From an uncultured Prevotellaceae bacterium (GTDB taxonomy: Bacteria > Bacteroidota > Bacteroidia > Bacteroidales > Bacteroidaceae): 64,000 bases of DNA. Below are positions 1-8,400 of this stretch, in pieces. The notes below the pieces were generated by a model, which saw only the letters and a list, made by a program, of their open reading frames with translations, was not told the origin of the DNA and searched no databases. The stretch is taken from NCBI GenBank assembly GCA_902762565.1, contig CACWOS010000020.1, forward strand, positions 25,235-89,234. Reading direction: 5' to 3'. The translations under genes and the position numbers were made by a program. Numbering within the stretch: position 1 is the stretch's first letter; each line of letters begins with the position of its first letter.

Positions 1-2887
1 CTCTCACGTCTACTAGTTCTGGAACGCCTTTATATGTCGACTTTGGGCCTTGTACGGTAACGGTATCACCCACGTTGATTCCATATGACTCCCATGACAT
101 TCCATCGCGTGGATATCTGCCTACATAGTCTACCGTTCCATAAATATACAGACTATCAGTAGCATCCTCTATATACCAGTTGCCAAATGTGGTATTGGAA
201 ATGCTCTTCACACGTCCCTTGACACGATAGGTCTTTCCGTCTTCGCCAGCTCCCACTTCAGCGCAAGTAGAGAACTTGTTATCGGTTTCTTGATTCTTTG
301 CTGTGAAGTATCCAGGATTCGACGTTCCACCATCAATATGGGCATAGGTGTGGTCTACATGGTTTGAATCATAGGCGGTGCTTGCTCCGCCAACGAGGTT
401 GGTACAGCCTGTGAACATATTCCCACCGTTTGTTACTGCTTCAGTACTCCATCCATTTCCTATATAGATAGTAGTGAGGCTAGAACAACCATTGAACATA
501 TACCCCATGTTTGTAACATTGTCTGTATTGAAGTTGCTTACGTCAAGGGTGGTGAGGCTAGAACAACCACGGAACATAGACCCCATGTCCGTCACGTTAG
601 CCGTGTTGAAGACGCTCACGTCAAGGCTAGTTAGACCAGAACAACCATAGAACATACCAATCATGTTTGTCACATTGTCCGTATTGAAGCTGCTCACGTC
701 AAGGGCAGTGAGACCAGAACAGCCATCGAACATCCAGCTCATATTCGTCACATTGTCCGTCTTGAAATTGCTTACGTCAAGGTTTGTCAGACCAGAACAG
801 TCAAGGAACATATAACTCATGTCCGTCACACTATCCGTCTTGAAGTTGCTCACATCAAGGGTTGTCAGACTGGAACAGTTACCGAACATAGACCCCATGT
901 CCGTCACATTGGCCGTATTGAAGTGGCTCACATCAAGGGTGGTGAGGCCGAAACAAAGAGAGAACATAGACCCCATGTCCGTCACATTGGCCGTATTGAA
1001 GTGGCTCACATCAAGGGTGGTGAGGCCGAAACAAAGAGAGAACATATACCCCATGTCCGTCACATTGGCCGTATTGAAGTTGCTTACGTCAAGGTTTGTC
1101 AGACCAGAACAGCCAAAGAACATAGCACTCATGTTTGTAACATTGTCCGTCTTGAAGTTGCTCACGTCAAGACTTGTCAGGCCAGAACAGCCATAGAACA
1201 TAGAATTCATGTCCGTCACGTTGTCCGTCTTGAAGCCGCTTACGTCAAGGTTTGTCAGACCAGAACAATCATAGAACATATCGGACATGTTCGTCACATT
1301 GTTCGTCTTGAAGTTGCTCACGTCAAGACTTGTCAGGCCAGAACAGCCATAGAACATAGAATTCATGTCCGTCACGTTGTCCGTCTTGAAGTTGCTCACG
1401 TCAAGGTTCGTTAGGCCAGTACAGCCAGAGAACAACCAGCTCATGTTCGTCACATTGTCCGTCTTGAAGTTGCTCACGTCAAGGTTCGTTAGGCCAGTAC
1501 AGCCAGAGAACAACCAGCTCATGTCCGTCACATTGTCCGTCTTGAAGTTGCTCACGTCAAGGTTTGTCAGACCAGAACAGCCAAAGAACATATCGGACAT
1601 GTTCGTCACATTGTCCGTCTTGAAGTTGCTCACGTCAAGGTTTGTCAGACCAGAACAGCCATCGAACATTCTCCTCATGTTCGTCACGTTGTCCGTCTTG
1701 AGATATTCAATACCTGAGATTGCTGTCAATTTATTGCATTTATAGAACCAATAGGCTGTAGAGGTCAAAGTTGTACAGTTAGCAAATGAATCATCAAATA
1801 CGACAGTAGTAATATTCTCACGCTTTTCATCCCAACCGGAATCTATATTCCATCTTTCTTGCCCACTATCATAAGTTTCGGTAAATGGTCCAACACTCAT
1901 ACCATTCCTTTCCGTTTTCTTGTTGTCGTAGTAGAACGTCAGAGTCTGTCCATATGTCACTCCCGTAGAATCGCTTGAAAGTACAGAAGTCGTGTCTGTT
2001 GTCAGCACAGCGTATGGCTCTATAGTTAATGAAGCATTCTTGTCAGTGAAGTAACCAGGATTCGATGTTCCACCATCAATGTGGGCATAGGTGTAATCTA
2101 CGTGGTTAGGGTCGAAATGAGTGCCTGCACCACCGACAAGGGCGGCGCAGTCTTTGAATACATCAACACTCTCCGTCAGGTTAGCAGTCGTCCAATTATC
2201 ACCAACCCAAATCGTGGTTAAGGCAGAACAGCCCTCGAACATTGATTGTATTCCATAATTATAAATGTTTGCGTCATATTTTACATTTGAAGTGTTAAAA
2301 CTGCTCAAGTCAAGGCTCGTTAGGCCAGTGCAGTCTAAGAACATCCAGCTCATGTTCGTCACATTGTACGTCTTGAAGTTGCTCACGTCAAGGCTCGTTA
2401 GGCCAGTGCAGCCTAAGAACATCGACTGCATGCTCGTCACATTGCCCGTATTGAAGCTGCTTAAGTCAAGACTCGTCAAATCAGAACAGCCAAAGAACAT
2501 AGACCCCATGTCCGTCACGTTAGCCGTGTTGAAGCCGCTTATGTCAAGGCTTGTCAGACAGGAACAGTTACCGAACATCCAGCTCATATTCGTCACATTG
2601 TCCGTCTTGAGATTACCTATTCCAGAAATATCTGTCAATTTTTCGCATCCATAGAACCAAAAGGCAGTAGAGGTCAGAGTAGTGCAGCCAACACTCATAC
2701 CACCTCTTGTCGCTTTCTGGTCATCATAGTAGAACGTCAGCGTCTTGCCATAGGTCACTCCCGTGGAATCTTGTGAAAGAATAGTTGCGCTATCCGTGGT
2801 CAACACAGCATATGGCTCTTGCGCCCACAACTTCATTGGCATCATGATGGCGAGCATCACAAACATAAGGGAAAATAGTTTTTTCAT
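1..2887 (-). CDS. BspA-like leucine-rich-repeat surface protein (DUF285 / 26-residue-repeat type); C-terminus runs off the left edge
   Basis: ATG at 2887..2885 gives MKKLFSLMFVMLAIMMPMKLWAQ (signal peptide). I checked the minus-strand frame codon by codon at both ends; the last codons in the window read ...TVTVQGPKSTYKGVPELVDVR. The body is more than 25 copies of a 26-aa unit like DVSNFxTxNVTxMxxMFxGCSxLTxL. It is absent from the ORF track because no stop lies in the window. Confidence 0.85.
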   Translation of the reverse strand, partial: MKKLFSLMFVMLAIMMPMKLWAQEPYAVLTTDSATILSQDSTGVTYGKTLTFYYDDQKATRGGMSVGCTTLTSTAFWFYGCEKLTDISGIGNLKTDNVTNMSWMFGNCSCLTSLDISGFNTANVTDMGSMFFGCSDLTSLDLSSFNTGNVTSMQSMFLGCTGLTSLDVSNFKTYNVTNMSWMFLDCTGLTSLDLSSFNTSNVKYDANIYNYGIQSMFEGCSALTTIWVGDNWTTANLTESVDVFKDCAALVGGAGTHFDPNHVDYTYAHIDGGTSNPGYFTDKNASLTIEPYAVLTTDTTSVLSSDSTGVTYGQTLTFYYDNKKTERNGMSVGPFTETYDSGQERWNIDSGWDEKRENITTVVFDDSFANCTTLTSTAYWFYKCNKLTAISGIEYLKTDNVTNMRRMFDGCSGLTNLDVSNFKTDNVTNMSDMFFGCSGLTNLDVSNFKTDNVTDMSWLFSGCTGLTNLDVSNFKTDNVTNMSWLFSGCTGLTNLDVSNFKTDNVTDMNSMFYGCSGLTSLDVSNFKTNNVTNMSDMFYDCSGLTNLDVSGFKTDNVTDMNSMFYGCSGLTSLDVSNFKTDNVTNMSAMFFGCSGLTNLDVSNFNTANVTDMGYMFSLCFGLTTLDVSHFNTANVTDMGSMFSLCFGLTTLDVSHFNTANVTDMGSMFGNCSSLTTLDVSNFKTDSVTDMSYMFLDCSGLTNLDVSNFKTDNVTNMSWMFDGCSGLTALDVSSFNTDNVTNMIGMFYGCSGLTSLDVSVFNTANVTDMGSMFRGCSSLTTLDVSNFNTDNVTNMGYMFNGCSSLTTIYIGNGWSTEAVTNGGNMFTGCTNLVGGASTAYDSNHVDHTYAHIDGGTSNPGYFTAKNQETDNKFSTCAEVGAGEDGKTYRVKGRVKSISNTTFGNWYIEDATDSLYIYGTVDYVGRYPRDGMSWESYGINVGDTVTVQGPKSTYKGVPELVDVR

Positions 2888-2954
2888 ATCTTAACGTTTT
2901 TAGTTTTTTATCGTTATTACTTCTGTTTCGGCAAGTAGTGACATACTACGATTG

Positions 2955-2962
2955 CAAAGATA
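2955..2962 (-). promoter_or_regulatory. Bacteroidota -7 promoter box (TAtcTTTG on minus strand) for the LRR protein gene
   Basis: The plus strand reads CAAAGATA, the reverse complement of the TAnnTTTG consensus, 68 nt upstream of the ATG at 2887. Confidence 0.5.
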
Positions 2963-3023
2963 CGGAATATTCCTGAAACGACAAAGGAAAAGAGTAAAAA
3001 TCTGCGATATAAGCGATATCAGC

Positions 3024-3088
3024 GAGCGAAACGGCTTTTCGCTTACAGCAAAACGGCCTTTCTCTGATAGAGAGAAGCCGTTTCGCTC
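3024..3088. repeat. 17-bp inverted repeat (16/17 complementary) with a 31-nt spacer
   Basis: gagcgaaacggcttttc (3024-3040) pairs with gagaagccgtttcgctc (3072-3088). Confidence 0.75.
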
Positions 3089-3136
3089 AGAGGCCGAAGG
3101 CTTCAAGCTAGCAGGGCGAAGGAAGCAAACGTATTG

Positions 3137-3240
3137 TCCGAAGGAAGCAGAAGGGTCACGCGAAGGAAGCGGACGCCTCTTCCGCTACGTGCGGACGGGG
3201 CGCGAGAAGGAAGCGGAAGGGCCGAGAGCCCGTAGCGGGC
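3137..3240. repeat. GC-rich structured repeat module, copy 1 (GGAAGCGGA-type units)
   Basis: Starts tccgaaggaagc..., like copy 2 at 42272. It carries repeated gaaggaagcgga units and a ccgc-N5-gcgg core. It is far more GC-rich than its surroundings and has no credible coding frame. Confidence 0.75.
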
Positions 3241-3245
3241 AATCC

Positions 3246-3491
3246 CTGATTTGGGTTGACTGCTGACAACAACACCTCCCCTCCTCCCTTCGCATGGTTT
3301 GAATGCCGATTCAGAAAGGGATTGGAGCACGGGAGGTGTCGTTCTAACTCCTCCCTTTCACCTCTGAAGTGTATGACGGGAGGTGTCAATGAGGTGTCTC
3401 AGTACCACCTCCCGTGCTCCAATCCCTTTGCCTATCGGCATTTGAGACTCTTATAGGGATATGGGAAGTCTTGTTAGTCAACCCAGATCAG
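3246..3491. repeat. 246-bp imperfect foldback; miniature (cargo-less) copy of the TIR element at 42397-44003
   Basis: Outer inverted repeat: ctgatttgggttgact (3246-3261) with agtcaacccagatcag (3476-3491), 15/16. Inner arms: 3302-3338 with 3406-3442, a 37-bp inverted repeat with a 4-nt internal mismatch. 3273-3468 is collinear with both ends of the 42.4-44.0 kb element. Confidence 0.8.
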
Positions 3492-3560
3492 GAAACGTCA
3501 GACTTGTATTATTCTGGTTATCTACTTGCAAAAGTATTTGGTGATATAGATTTTAATGCG

Positions 3561-3568
3561 TACTTTTG
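3561..3568 (+). promoter_or_regulatory. -7 promoter box TActTTTG for rnhB
   Basis: Matches TAnnTTTG, 23 nt upstream of the ATG at 3592. It lies inside the longer ORF-track call, which argues for the 3592 start. Confidence 0.55.
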
Positions 3569-3591
3569 CAGGACGAAAAGCAAGAAAGACG

Positions 3592-4230
3592 ATGTTAGAG
3601 AGTTGTTATTACAAGGGAAAGGTGGAGGCTGGCTGCGATGAGGCTGGTCGCGGATGTCTGGCAGGTAGCGTGTTTGCGGCTGCTGTCATCCTGCCTGAGG
3701 GTTATCAGAACGAGTTGCTGAACGATTCGAAGCAACTGACGGAGAAGAAGCGCTATCAGTTGCGAGAGATGATAGAACGCGATGCGGTGGCGTGGGCCGT
3801 GGGTATTGTGACGCCTGAAGAGATTGACCAGATCAACATCCTCAATGCTTCAATACTGGCTATGCATCGTGCCTTAGACCAGCTGAAGGTGCGTCCTGAG
3901 GCTGTCATCGTGGACGGCAACCGCTTCAAGCCGTACCGTGAACCATTAACCAATAACCATGAACCAATTATCATTCCCCATACCACGATAGTCAAAGGTG
4001 ACGGCAAGTACCTTTCTATTGCTGCAGCCTCGATATTGGCCAAAACCTATCGTGACGACTATATGAACCAATTGGCAGAGGAATATCCACCATACGACTG
4101 GAAGTCGAACAAGGGCTATCCCACGAAGAAGCATCGCGACGCTATCAGGCAATTCGGCATCACGCCTTATCATCGCAAAACATTTAATATGTTGGGCGAC
4201 GGACAGCTATCCCTTAACTTTGAGGAGTGA
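3592..4230 (+). CDS. rnhB: Ribonuclease HII
   Basis: [35 protein letters not shown]... carries the RNase HII DEAGRG catalytic motif at full length. Start moved from 3556 to 3592 because of the promoter box. Confidence 0.9.
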   Translation: MLESCYYKGKVEAGCDEAGRGCLAGSVFAAAVILPEGYQNELLNDSKQLTEKKRYQLREMIERDAVAWAVGIVTPEEIDQINILNASILAMHRALDQLKVRPEAVIVDGNRFKPYREPLTNNHEPIIIPHTTIVKGDGKYLSIAAASILAKTYRDDYMNQLAEEYPPYDWKSNKGYPTKKHRDAIRQFGITPYHRKTFNMLGDGQLSLNFEE

Positions 4231-4328
4231 AAAGAGAAGTGAAAAGAGAAGTGATAAGTGATAAGTGAGGAGTGATAAGTGATAAGTGAGGAGTGATAAG
4301 TGATAAGTGAGGAGTGATAAATGATAAG
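4231..4328. repeat. Heptamer microsatellite array (GTGATAA/GTGAGGA; 21-bp super-unit x3) filling the whole convergent intergenic spacer
   Basis: gtgataagtgataagtgagga is repeated three times. The array runs from the rnhB stop (4230) to the stop of the minus-strand gene (4329). Confidence 0.9.
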
Positions 4329-4583
4329 TTAGTTGACGGTGACGCGCAATGAATTGAGGACACGACGTTTCAGACTTTCTGCCTGCTCAGGTGTCAGCAA
4401 TTCGCAGTCATCCAAGTGCATGAGGATATCGTAAGCCTTCAGATATGCCGAACGAATCTGGGGAGCCGCAGACAGATAAGAAGCCCAGTAGGACTCTTTA
4501 TCAGGAACACAATCCATGACGTAACGGATGAAGTCGTCGTCCGTCAGGAATTGCTCTACTGTTGTATAGATGGCTCGTTTCAT
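4329..4583 (-). CDS. Small hypothetical protein downstream of an ECF sigma factor; resembles only the cytoplasmic N-terminal part of FecR-type anti-sigma factors
   Basis: 84-aa ORF co-oriented with the sigma gene, with no transmembrane segment. The anti-sigma similarity is by eye only (acidic helix FLTDDDFIRYV..., then ...SYLSAAPQIRSAYLKAYDIL). Confidence 0.45.
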   Translation of the reverse strand: MKRAIYTTVEQFLTDDDFIRYVMDCVPDKESYWASYLSAAPQIRSAYLKAYDILMHLDDCELLTPEQAESLKRRVLNSLRVTVN

Positions 4584-4643
4584 TTGATTCGTCGTTAGTT
4601 AGCTTTATAGTAGCTATTATAAAGACGAAACAAAAGTCAGAAT

Positions 4644-4689
4644 GTCATCATTTCGCTGACATCATTTATCATTTGTCATTTATCATTTA
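4644..4689. repeat. Heptamer array (TCATTTA/TCATTTG type), inverted relative to the 4231-4328 array
   Basis: catcatttcgctgacatcatttatcatttgtcatttatcattt. Its reverse complement contains atgataaatga, which matches the end of the 4231-4328 array. Confidence 0.7.
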
Positions 4690-4701
4690 GGGCATAGCCC
4701 G

Positions 4702-5301
4702 TTACATCGCAGCCTCTCTGAGTTTCAACATGCCACGATGCATCAGATTGCGAACAGAGTGATAGTTCATCTTCATGATGTCGCATATCTCGTCGTACTT
4801 GCGCTCTTCCAGATAGTAGAGTGTGATGGCCTGACGCTGACGACGTGTCAGATGATTCATCAAGTGAGCCACTTGTGCCGACTGCATCAGTTCACGTTCT
4901 GTGGTCAAGTAGTCGTGTTCTACATCCTCGGCAGCACGACGATAGGCGTAACATTCTACCTCGCCATCGTCCGTGAAGGTGTTACGACGAAACTCGTCGA
5001 GCAAGCGATTCTTCAGCGAAATAATGAGGTAGGAATTGAGATTATTAATGGAATGATTTTCGTTGCGCTTGGTGTACACTTTGGTAAATACGTCGTGGAT
5101 GCAGTCTTTTAGCAGCTCTTGGTCTTGCGTCAGCTTGATGCCGTAGTTGTACAGGATGTGTACATAAAGGTCATAAAGTTCTGAGAAAGCATGGTTGTCA
5201 CCAGCAAAAAACTCTGCTGCCAACTGTTTGGCCTTTTCCTTAAAACTCCTTTTGTCAGGGGTTAAAGTGACTTGTTTGCGTGGATTAGTTTCCATCATCA
5301 T
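4702..5301 (-). CDS. RNA polymerase sigma-70 factor, ECF subfamily
   Basis: Region 2 (DLYVHILYNYGIKL...DCIHDVFTKVY) and region 4 HTH (LTRRQRQAITLYYLEERKYDEICDIMKMNYHSVRNLMHRGMLKLRE). Confidence 0.85.
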   Translation of the reverse strand: MMMETNPRKQVTLTPDKRSFKEKAKQLAAEFFAGDNHAFSELYDLYVHILYNYGIKLTQDQELLKDCIHDVFTKVYTKRNENHSINNLNSYLIISLKNRLLDEFRRNTFTDDGEVECYAYRRAAEDVEHDYLTTERELMQSAQVAHLMNHLTRRQRQAITLYYLEERKYDEICDIMKMNYHSVRNLMHRGMLKLREAAM

Positions 5302-5327
5302 AATTAAGTAGTAGTTTGTTTCGCTTG

Positions 5328-5335
5328 CAAAGATA
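5328..5335 (-). promoter_or_regulatory. -7 promoter box (TAtcTTTG on minus strand) for the ECF sigma gene
   Basis: The plus strand reads CAAAGATA, 27 nt upstream of the ATG at 5301. Confidence 0.5.
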
Positions 5336-5348
5336 CGAAAAAAGAAAT

Positions 5349-5449
5349 GATAAGTGATAAGTGATAAGTGATAAATTTACTTTCTCAAGTAATTTTTAAT
5401 ATTTTTTACATTTTCACTTCTCACTCATCACTCATCACTTCTCACTTCT
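5349..5449 (-). terminator. Intrinsic-terminator-like hairpin built from two inverted heptamer arrays
   Basis: On the minus-strand RNA, GUGAUGAGUGAUGAGUGA (from 5414-5449) pairs with UCACUUAUCACUUAUCAC (from 5349-5376). The only non-Watson-Crick positions are G-U wobbles. A UUUCUUUUUU run follows. It lies directly after the stop at 5442. Confidence 0.6.
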
Positions 5450-8400
5450 GTTTGAGCCAGAAAAGTCCTTTGCCAGATAGGTTTCGTTCTTTCAATGGCG
5501 TCAACTTACCAGTCTTTAAGTCTATCTGGACAACCTTTAGTTTGGGGTCGTTGACAGGTACCGTCTTATCAGAATCCTTATAGACAAGGACATCTTTCGG
5601 ACCATGAAGTTGGTAAGTACCATCTTTAGCCTGCGAACTGTCAACCTGCATGGTGGCGATAGCTTTTAGGAATGCTTCGTCCTTGACGGGGATGTTGGCA
5701 CACGAACCACCTGCCATCAATGCTGCCCAACCCATCTCTGGAGCCTTCTGAGCAGAATAGACAACGGCCTTGTCTGGATACTGTGTGCGATATTCGCTGA
5801 CGGCACGATAGACATCCTCGAAGCGGGCGCTGCCTGTGCGAATCTTGCGCATATACTGGCGCTGGGCCATATTCACACCACCAGGGGGTGTATATTCTCC
5901 TTTGTTATGATAGAACCACTGTTCAATGTCAATGATATCGACCACCTTTGAACGCTTGGGGTCTTTCAGGATGGCATCCTGTACGTCCTTGTTGACAGCC
6001 AAAGCAACGAGCACCTTGCCATTCTCCTGTTCCCATTCAGCAATGACGTCGAGCCAGAACTGAACGAAATGCAGAGGACCTGTGAACTCCTCGCCAATAG
6101 AGTGGATAACGTTGGGCTGCCCCTTGAAAGCATCCAGTGACTGACGGATATATTGACGATGCAGTTCGCGCAGGGTGGGGTTGGTGATGTCGTAGAACAA
6201 GGTAGCCGTGAAGATACGCTTGTCGCCTGTGAAGTTGACAGGCTCCAAGAAAGGCGTCTTGTTCACGTTGTTAGCCGTACGCCACGGACAGTCTACCCAG
6301 TGGGCGCCAGCTTCCAGTATGTTGTGTTGGAAGTAATGCTGATTCTTGAGGAGCATGCCGATGGGTTCAGCCTTCTTGGCGAATTGTTGCAAGCGCCAGA
6401 AATACCACTTGTTCAGCGTTGTGAGGTCGTATTTCGTCATGCCGTCCCAGGCTAAAGCGGCAAAACCGCTTTGCACACGACCTGTGCGTGCGAAGGGCTG
6501 TTCGTAGAAAGGTGCCCATGCGTCACCATTCTTACGACGGATGCGTTCGTGGTCGTCACGACGACGATCCGTCCAGAGGCCGTAGTTCTGACTAAAGAGC
6601 AGGGTGTTCGAGCGTTGCATAGTGGCTATCACAGAGTCAATGCGGTCTGTGCCGCCCGTTCCTTCATAGCCTGGCACAAAGCGTGTCAGGGCTGGTTTGG
6701 CCTTGGCCATCGCTGCGTCTGTCGTGCGACCATTCCACCAAGGTGTCTGGTGCTTACGACCAACGAGCACAGAGCCATCCTTGGTGAGCCAGCCGTTGGT
6801 GAGAGCGTAGATGCTGGGACTAGGTTCTCTAGAATCTCTAGAGCCTCTGGAATCTTTAGAGTCTCTAGAAAAACTAGATATTCTAGAATCTCTAGATATA
6901 TCAAGACGGGCGGCCTCTATCCATTGCTGCAAGGTTTGGCGAGGCTTCAGAGCCTCTTCGGCCATCTTCATGGCTTCTTCGATGGTTGGCGAGCTGCTGG
7001 CATTAAGGTCGCGCTCTAGTACGCGGCACTGCTGAGAGACATCACGTCCTAAACGTTTCTCCAGTTGTGAGGCAAAGAGTGAGTAGGGCTTGACGTGCTC
7101 GTTCATCTCTGTATACTCGCCATTACCATGTATCTGTCCCCAGCAACCACGAGAGTAATTGCGGTTAAGGGAGTCAGGCGAATAACAGAAAAGGCCTGAT
7201 GCTGTCGATTGCCACATGGTACTGTTGGCCGTACTCCAACCAGCTCCGAACTTCTCTAGTTCCCAATTCTTGAAGACGATATCATTGCCATCGATGTTGA
7301 CGATATCGAACAGGATGCCTGGTGCCCACGACGAGATGGCACCACTAGGACCAAAGCTCTCGAAACTCTCGCACTGAACAAAGGCATTCGGACCAGGAGC
7401 CGTATGGCCAACAGCAAAGTCGTTGATGCCATGTTCGGAGTAGCAACGTTGGAACAGTACCATTTCACCGAAAGTCAGGAATGTGCGACGACGGAAACCA
7501 CCAATCTCAGAGACGGGATTCGTCGACATGCAGTCTTCCACGCTAACCTGTTGGGCCGACTTTTGGATGACGACAGCCGAGCCGGCAAAATGCTGGAAGT
7601 TGACCATGCGCACCCAGCAGTTCTCTGCCTCAGCCACATAGATGCCATCCCAGCAATGGTCTTCGTCCAAAGGACGAGCATGGTCATAGTCTGACTCCAA
7701 CGAGAGGTTTTCTATGCCGCATTCGTTGAGGCGTCCCTTTTCTTCATAGACAATAGCTTTGGCACCACCCCACTGCTGCTCGATACTGCATGTGAGGGGG
7801 GCGTTGAGTGTGACTTGGTTGCCATTGACTGCTGTTATTTGTCTGTTCCATCGCACGTCGATATCGCCAGCATGCCAAGCCCAATAGCCCATGCGCTTGC
7901 CACCACCAAACGACGAACAACCAAGATAGTTGATCCATTCTTGGGTGGAAGGGCGATGGATGGCGAGACGTGTACCAGGTTGAAGTGATGAGCGAGAAGT
8001 GATGAGTGATAAGTTGAGGGCGCCTGCTTGGATGTCAGAGACGTCAAAGGTCTCCTTGACGACGACATCATGTGTTCCTTCTATATATACAGCAGCGCCA
8101 CGGTCGTAGCCCGTCTTGCGCAGGATGGTTTTTTCACGACCAGAACCACGTAGCACCACACCGCTGGTACGGATGCGTAGAGGTTCACTAATGATAAAGG
8201 TTCCCTCGCCCAACAATACGGCACCGCGAAAGCCGGACTGCTTATCGGGTTTCTGCTGGCTGACCCAGTCGATGGCAGCCTGAATCATAGCCGCATCATC
8301 CTGTCCTGATGGCGTGACATAGGTGACAGCCTTTACCAATGGAATGGGCTGTTCAGAACAATGGTAACCGCAATATGAGTAATCCATCGGCTGAGCAAGA

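Noticed and set aside
819-2654. Four plus-strand ORFs (819-1196, 923-1414, 1365-1745, 2265-2654) with repetitive translations such as MSVTLSVLKLLTSRVVR.
   Set aside because: They lie antisense to the LRR surface-protein gene (1-2887, minus strand). They stay open only because the 78-bp repeat is iterated, and they have no start context or recognisable family.
2900-3641. Six overlapping ORF-track calls on both strands (2900-3106, 2952-3266, 3103-3330, 3156-3389, 3256-3456, 3414-3641).
   Set aside because: They cover the GC-rich module and the foldback repeat. They overlap one another in several frames and give low-complexity translations (EAEG, RGG runs). The sequence is better explained as structured repeats.
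4231-4328. Possibility that the heptamer arrays are CRISPR arrays.
   Set aside because: The units are 7 bp (21-bp super-unit) with no unique spacers between them. No cas genes are present and the arrays are far too short-period.
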